The notes beneath the pieces were generated by a model, which did not search any database, was not told the DNA's origin, and saw nothing but the letters and a program-made list of their open reading frames with translations. Positions 60,664 through 64,000 of a DNA stretch of 64,000 bases are shown one piece after another. The stretch is from Mustelus asterias (lineage: Eukaryota): the NCBI RefSeq assembly GCF_964213995.1, contig NW_027590119.1, forward strand, positions 2,294,001 through 2,358,000. The letters run 5' to 3'. The position numbers were made by a program, and so were the translations under genes. Position 1 is the stretch's first letter. The number at the start of each line of letters is the position of its first letter.

Positions 60664-61980
60664 AAAGAAAGAACAAAGAAAATTACAGCACAGGAACAGG
60701 CCCTTTGGCCCTCCAAGCCTGCACCGACCATGCTGCCCATCTGAACTAAAGCTCCCTACCCTTCTGGGGACCGTATCCCTCTATTCCCATCCTATTCATG
60801 TATTTGTCAAGACACCCCTTAAAAGTCACAATCGTATCTGCTGCCACTACCTCCTCCAGCAGCGAGTTCCAGGCACCCACCACCCTCTGTGTAAAAAGAA
60901 AACTTGCCTCGTACATCTCCTTTAAAGTTTGCCCCTCGCACCTTAAACCTTTGCCCCTTAGTAATTGACTCTTTCACCCTGGGAAAAAGCTTCTGACGAT
61001 CCACTCTGTCCAAGCCCCTCATAATCTTGTAGACTTCTATCAGGTCGCCCTTTAACCTCCATCGCTCCAGTGAGAACAAACCAAGTTTCTCCAATCTCTC
61101 CTCATAGCTAATGCTCTCCATGCCAGCAACATCCTGGTAAATCTTTTATGTACCCTCTCCAAAGCCTTCACATCCTTCTGGTAGTGTGGCGACCAGAATT
61201 GAACACTATATTCCAAATGCGGCCTAACTAAGATTATATAAAGCTGCAACATGACTTGCCAATTTTTAAACTCAATGCCCCGGCCGATGAAGGCAAGCAT
61301 GCCGTATGCCTTCTTGACTACCTTCTCCACCTGCGTTGCCACTTTCAGTGACCTGTGTACCTGTACACCCAGATCCCTCTGTCTATCAATACTCTAAAGA
61401 GTTCAGCCATTTACTGTATATTTCTATCTGTATTAGATCTTCCAAAATGCATTATCTCACATTTGTCCAGATTAAACTCCATTTGCCATCTCTTCACCCA
61501 AGTCTCCAACCAATCTATATCCTGCTGTATCCTCTGATGGTCCTCACCGCTATCCGCAAATCCACCAACCTTTGTGTCGTCTGCAAACTTACTAATCAAT
61601 TCAGTTACATTTCCTTCCAAATCATTTATATTTAAATATATTACAAACAGCAAAGGTCCCAGCACTGATTCCTGAGGAATGCCACTTGTCACAGCCCTCC
61701 ATTCAGAAACGCACCCTTCCACTGCTACCATCTGTCTTCTATGACCGAGCCAGTTCTGTATCCACCTTGCCAGCTCACCTCTGATCCAATGCGACTTCAC
61801 CTTCTGCACCAGTCTGCCATGAGGGACCTTGTCAAAGGCCTTACTGAAGTGCATGTAGACAACATCCACTGCCCTACCCTCATCAATCATCTTCGTCACT
61901 TCCTCCAAAAACTCGATCAAGTTAGTGAGACACGACCTCCCCTTCACAAAACCATGTTGCCTCTCATTAATATGTCCACT
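60664..61980 (-). mobile_element. CR1 LINE (RT domain to 3' end)
   Basis: QHGFVKGRSCLTNL, FSKAFDKVPH and KFADDTK motifs. Confidence 0.92.
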
Positions 61981-62319
61981 TATCTCTTTCTCGCTTGGGA
62001 ATAAAGACTCCTGGCTTGACGAACACACGGAAATGTATCTCAATATTACCCCATAGGGATGGACTTGGTAGTTAGGGAACGGAATTTGTAGTGGTGACTT
62101 AAGATAATGACATTGGTCTTTCCAATAGCATTACTTCATCTCCCATTGAACTGTTAATATAATGGATGGGATGGAACAAAGAAGATCATCAAGGGTAGGT
62201 TAGAGAGTGGAAGAAATTAAATAATAAAGAATCTTCGTGTATTTGTTAATTTGTCTTCATTTGGTAACACTGATTTTATCCCTGGTACGTCAATTCAATG
62301 CCCGTGCTATTACCCACCA

Positions 62320-62905
62320 TTCCCTGCGGCCCTACAAGTGCTCTATTCACTCCACAGGAGTCCAGTGCGCAGGCGCCTTGCTGTATCCGGAGCATGCGCA
62401 GTGTCACTTTGCTCAGAGTTCTGCGAGTGCGGGAGCTACTTTTTCCAGCGGGTGAGAGTCGGTCGGGCGGAGGGAGGAATGGAGACGGGCTGGGGGGCTG
62501 GGGGGGGGGGGGGGGGCGGAGCAGAGGCTTCACAAACACCCGCGGAGGCCGCAAGCCCAGAATGAGAGTCGAGATTGCAGCTCCGGGGATTCACTCCTGG
62601 GCACTGGCCCAGGTGGCACAGTGGTCAGCACTGCTGCCTCACAGCACAAGGGACCCGGGTTCAATTCCCGGCTTGGGTCACTGTCTGTGTGGGTTTACTC
62701 CGGGTGCTCCGGTTTCCTCCCACAGTCCAAAGATGTGTGGATTAGGTAGATTGGCCATGAGAAATTGCCCCTTAGTGTCAGGGGGACTAGCTCGGGTAAA
62801 TGCATGGGGTTATATGGGGATAGGGCCTGCAGACTCAATGGGCTGAATGGCCTCCTTCTGCACTGTCGGATTCTATGATTCTAGGTTAGCGGCCACCATC
62901 TTGGG
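62320..62905. promoter_or_regulatory. CpG-island promoter of the next ZNF gene, split by an HE1 SINE at 62611-62883
   Basis: GCATGCGCA, GC boxes, YY1-like GGCCACCATCTT at ~62892. Confidence 0.6.
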
Positions 62906-63363
62906 CAACAGAGTGCATGCATGGTCATGTCTGTGTCCCTGAAATATTCGTCACTCTGGTTGTTATATAGCACACAGTTAAAGACTATAGTTATATAGTC
63001 TTTATTTATCACACTTAGATATAGTCTTGCAGCTCATGGCTGCGTAATTTATTACTTTAAAGTGTCATTATGGCATAGAAAGATTCCATTCGACAACTCG
63101 AATCCACGTTGACTCGAGCAATCCACTTCTCCCTCTACTTCACTGTTCCGCTGCAAGTTTATTTCTTTCAATTGTCCATCCAATTTCATTTTGAAATCAC
63201 TGATCATCTCCACATATACTTTCTGTGTAGGCAGTGAGTTCCAAGTCATAGCCCTCACTGCTTAGATAATGTTCTTGTTCATAAACTTTCTTCATTTCTA
63301 ATTATGTAATACTGTAATACAGTCTATATGCATTTTTACACCACAAAATGTTGAGATTTACTT

Positions 63364-63395
<32 letters not shown>

Positions 63396-63674
63396 TGTCC
63401 AGCAGCATCAATGAAAATTTTGGGTCTCTTTGCCCGAACAGGAGACCTTTTCTTCAGTCAGCATGAATTAGCACCACCAGGAGAATTAGGAAGGTGAATA
63501 TTTGGAAGAGCAGAGTGAGGATGGGAGCAGAGTGAGGATGGGGGGGAAAGTGTATCCGATGGGGATGTCGTGGTTTTTGGAAATAGGAAAGAATTTTCAA
63601 CAGAAATTAGAATTGTTTATTCTGAATTTCTATCCTGTACTTGCGGTGATAACTTTTGCAAACTCCTTTTCCAG

Positions 63675-64000
63675 GATATTTAAAGGGAAGGGTTTTCAGA
63701 CAAAAATCTCAAACAAAACAGGTCAAGATTTGACAGAAGCGTTTGATTCATCAGAACCTGAAAATCGTTTGATTTGAACCCAGAAATCTTGTCTGTTCTG
63801 TCACCTTCTGAAGTTTTCAAACATCAGTGTGACAGAAAAACACAGAGACACAGACATCCAGGTGAGTGTGTCCCAGTGAACTGACTGGAAAGACCTTTGA
63901 CCAATTACACAGCCTGAAAAAAACATCACACCGTTCACAGCGAGGAAAAACTGTCCACGTGTTGTGTGTGTGGACGAGGCTTTGACTGATTGTCCAACCT
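63675..64000 (+). other. 5' leader of a further class A ZNF finger exon (continues beyond the window)
   Basis: Acceptor ttttccag, DLTE..DSS linker, decayed fingers, TGA at 63987. Confidence 0.75.

Overview
Eukaryotic, repeat-rich DNA, most likely from a shark or other elasmobranch (HE1/V-SINEs with HER1/CR1 tails, LF-SINE-like and Deu-domain SINEs, CR1, L2, RTE, Tx1 and Penelope-like retroelements). The window is part of a large cluster of C2H2 zinc-finger genes with no visible KRAB, SCAN or BTB domain: about 8 apparently intact finger exons, 3 damaged copies and the 5' part of a twelfth at the right edge. Most genes sit in head-to-head pairs around CpG-island promoters. Paralogues share a TGGAGGACC-N11/14-GGTCCTCCA dyad next to a CCAAT box, a decayed-finger 5' leader with an invariant in-frame TGA 39 nt before the ATG, and a common 3' UTR block. 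Other signals: a structured U2-snRNA-headed element in a ZNF first exon, minimal hammerhead ribozymes in Penelope termini (some in short palindromic insertions with TSDs), and two insertions at the same 10-bp site beside a ZNF splice donor. Repeat boundaries are approximate and family names come from recalled consensus features, not database searches.
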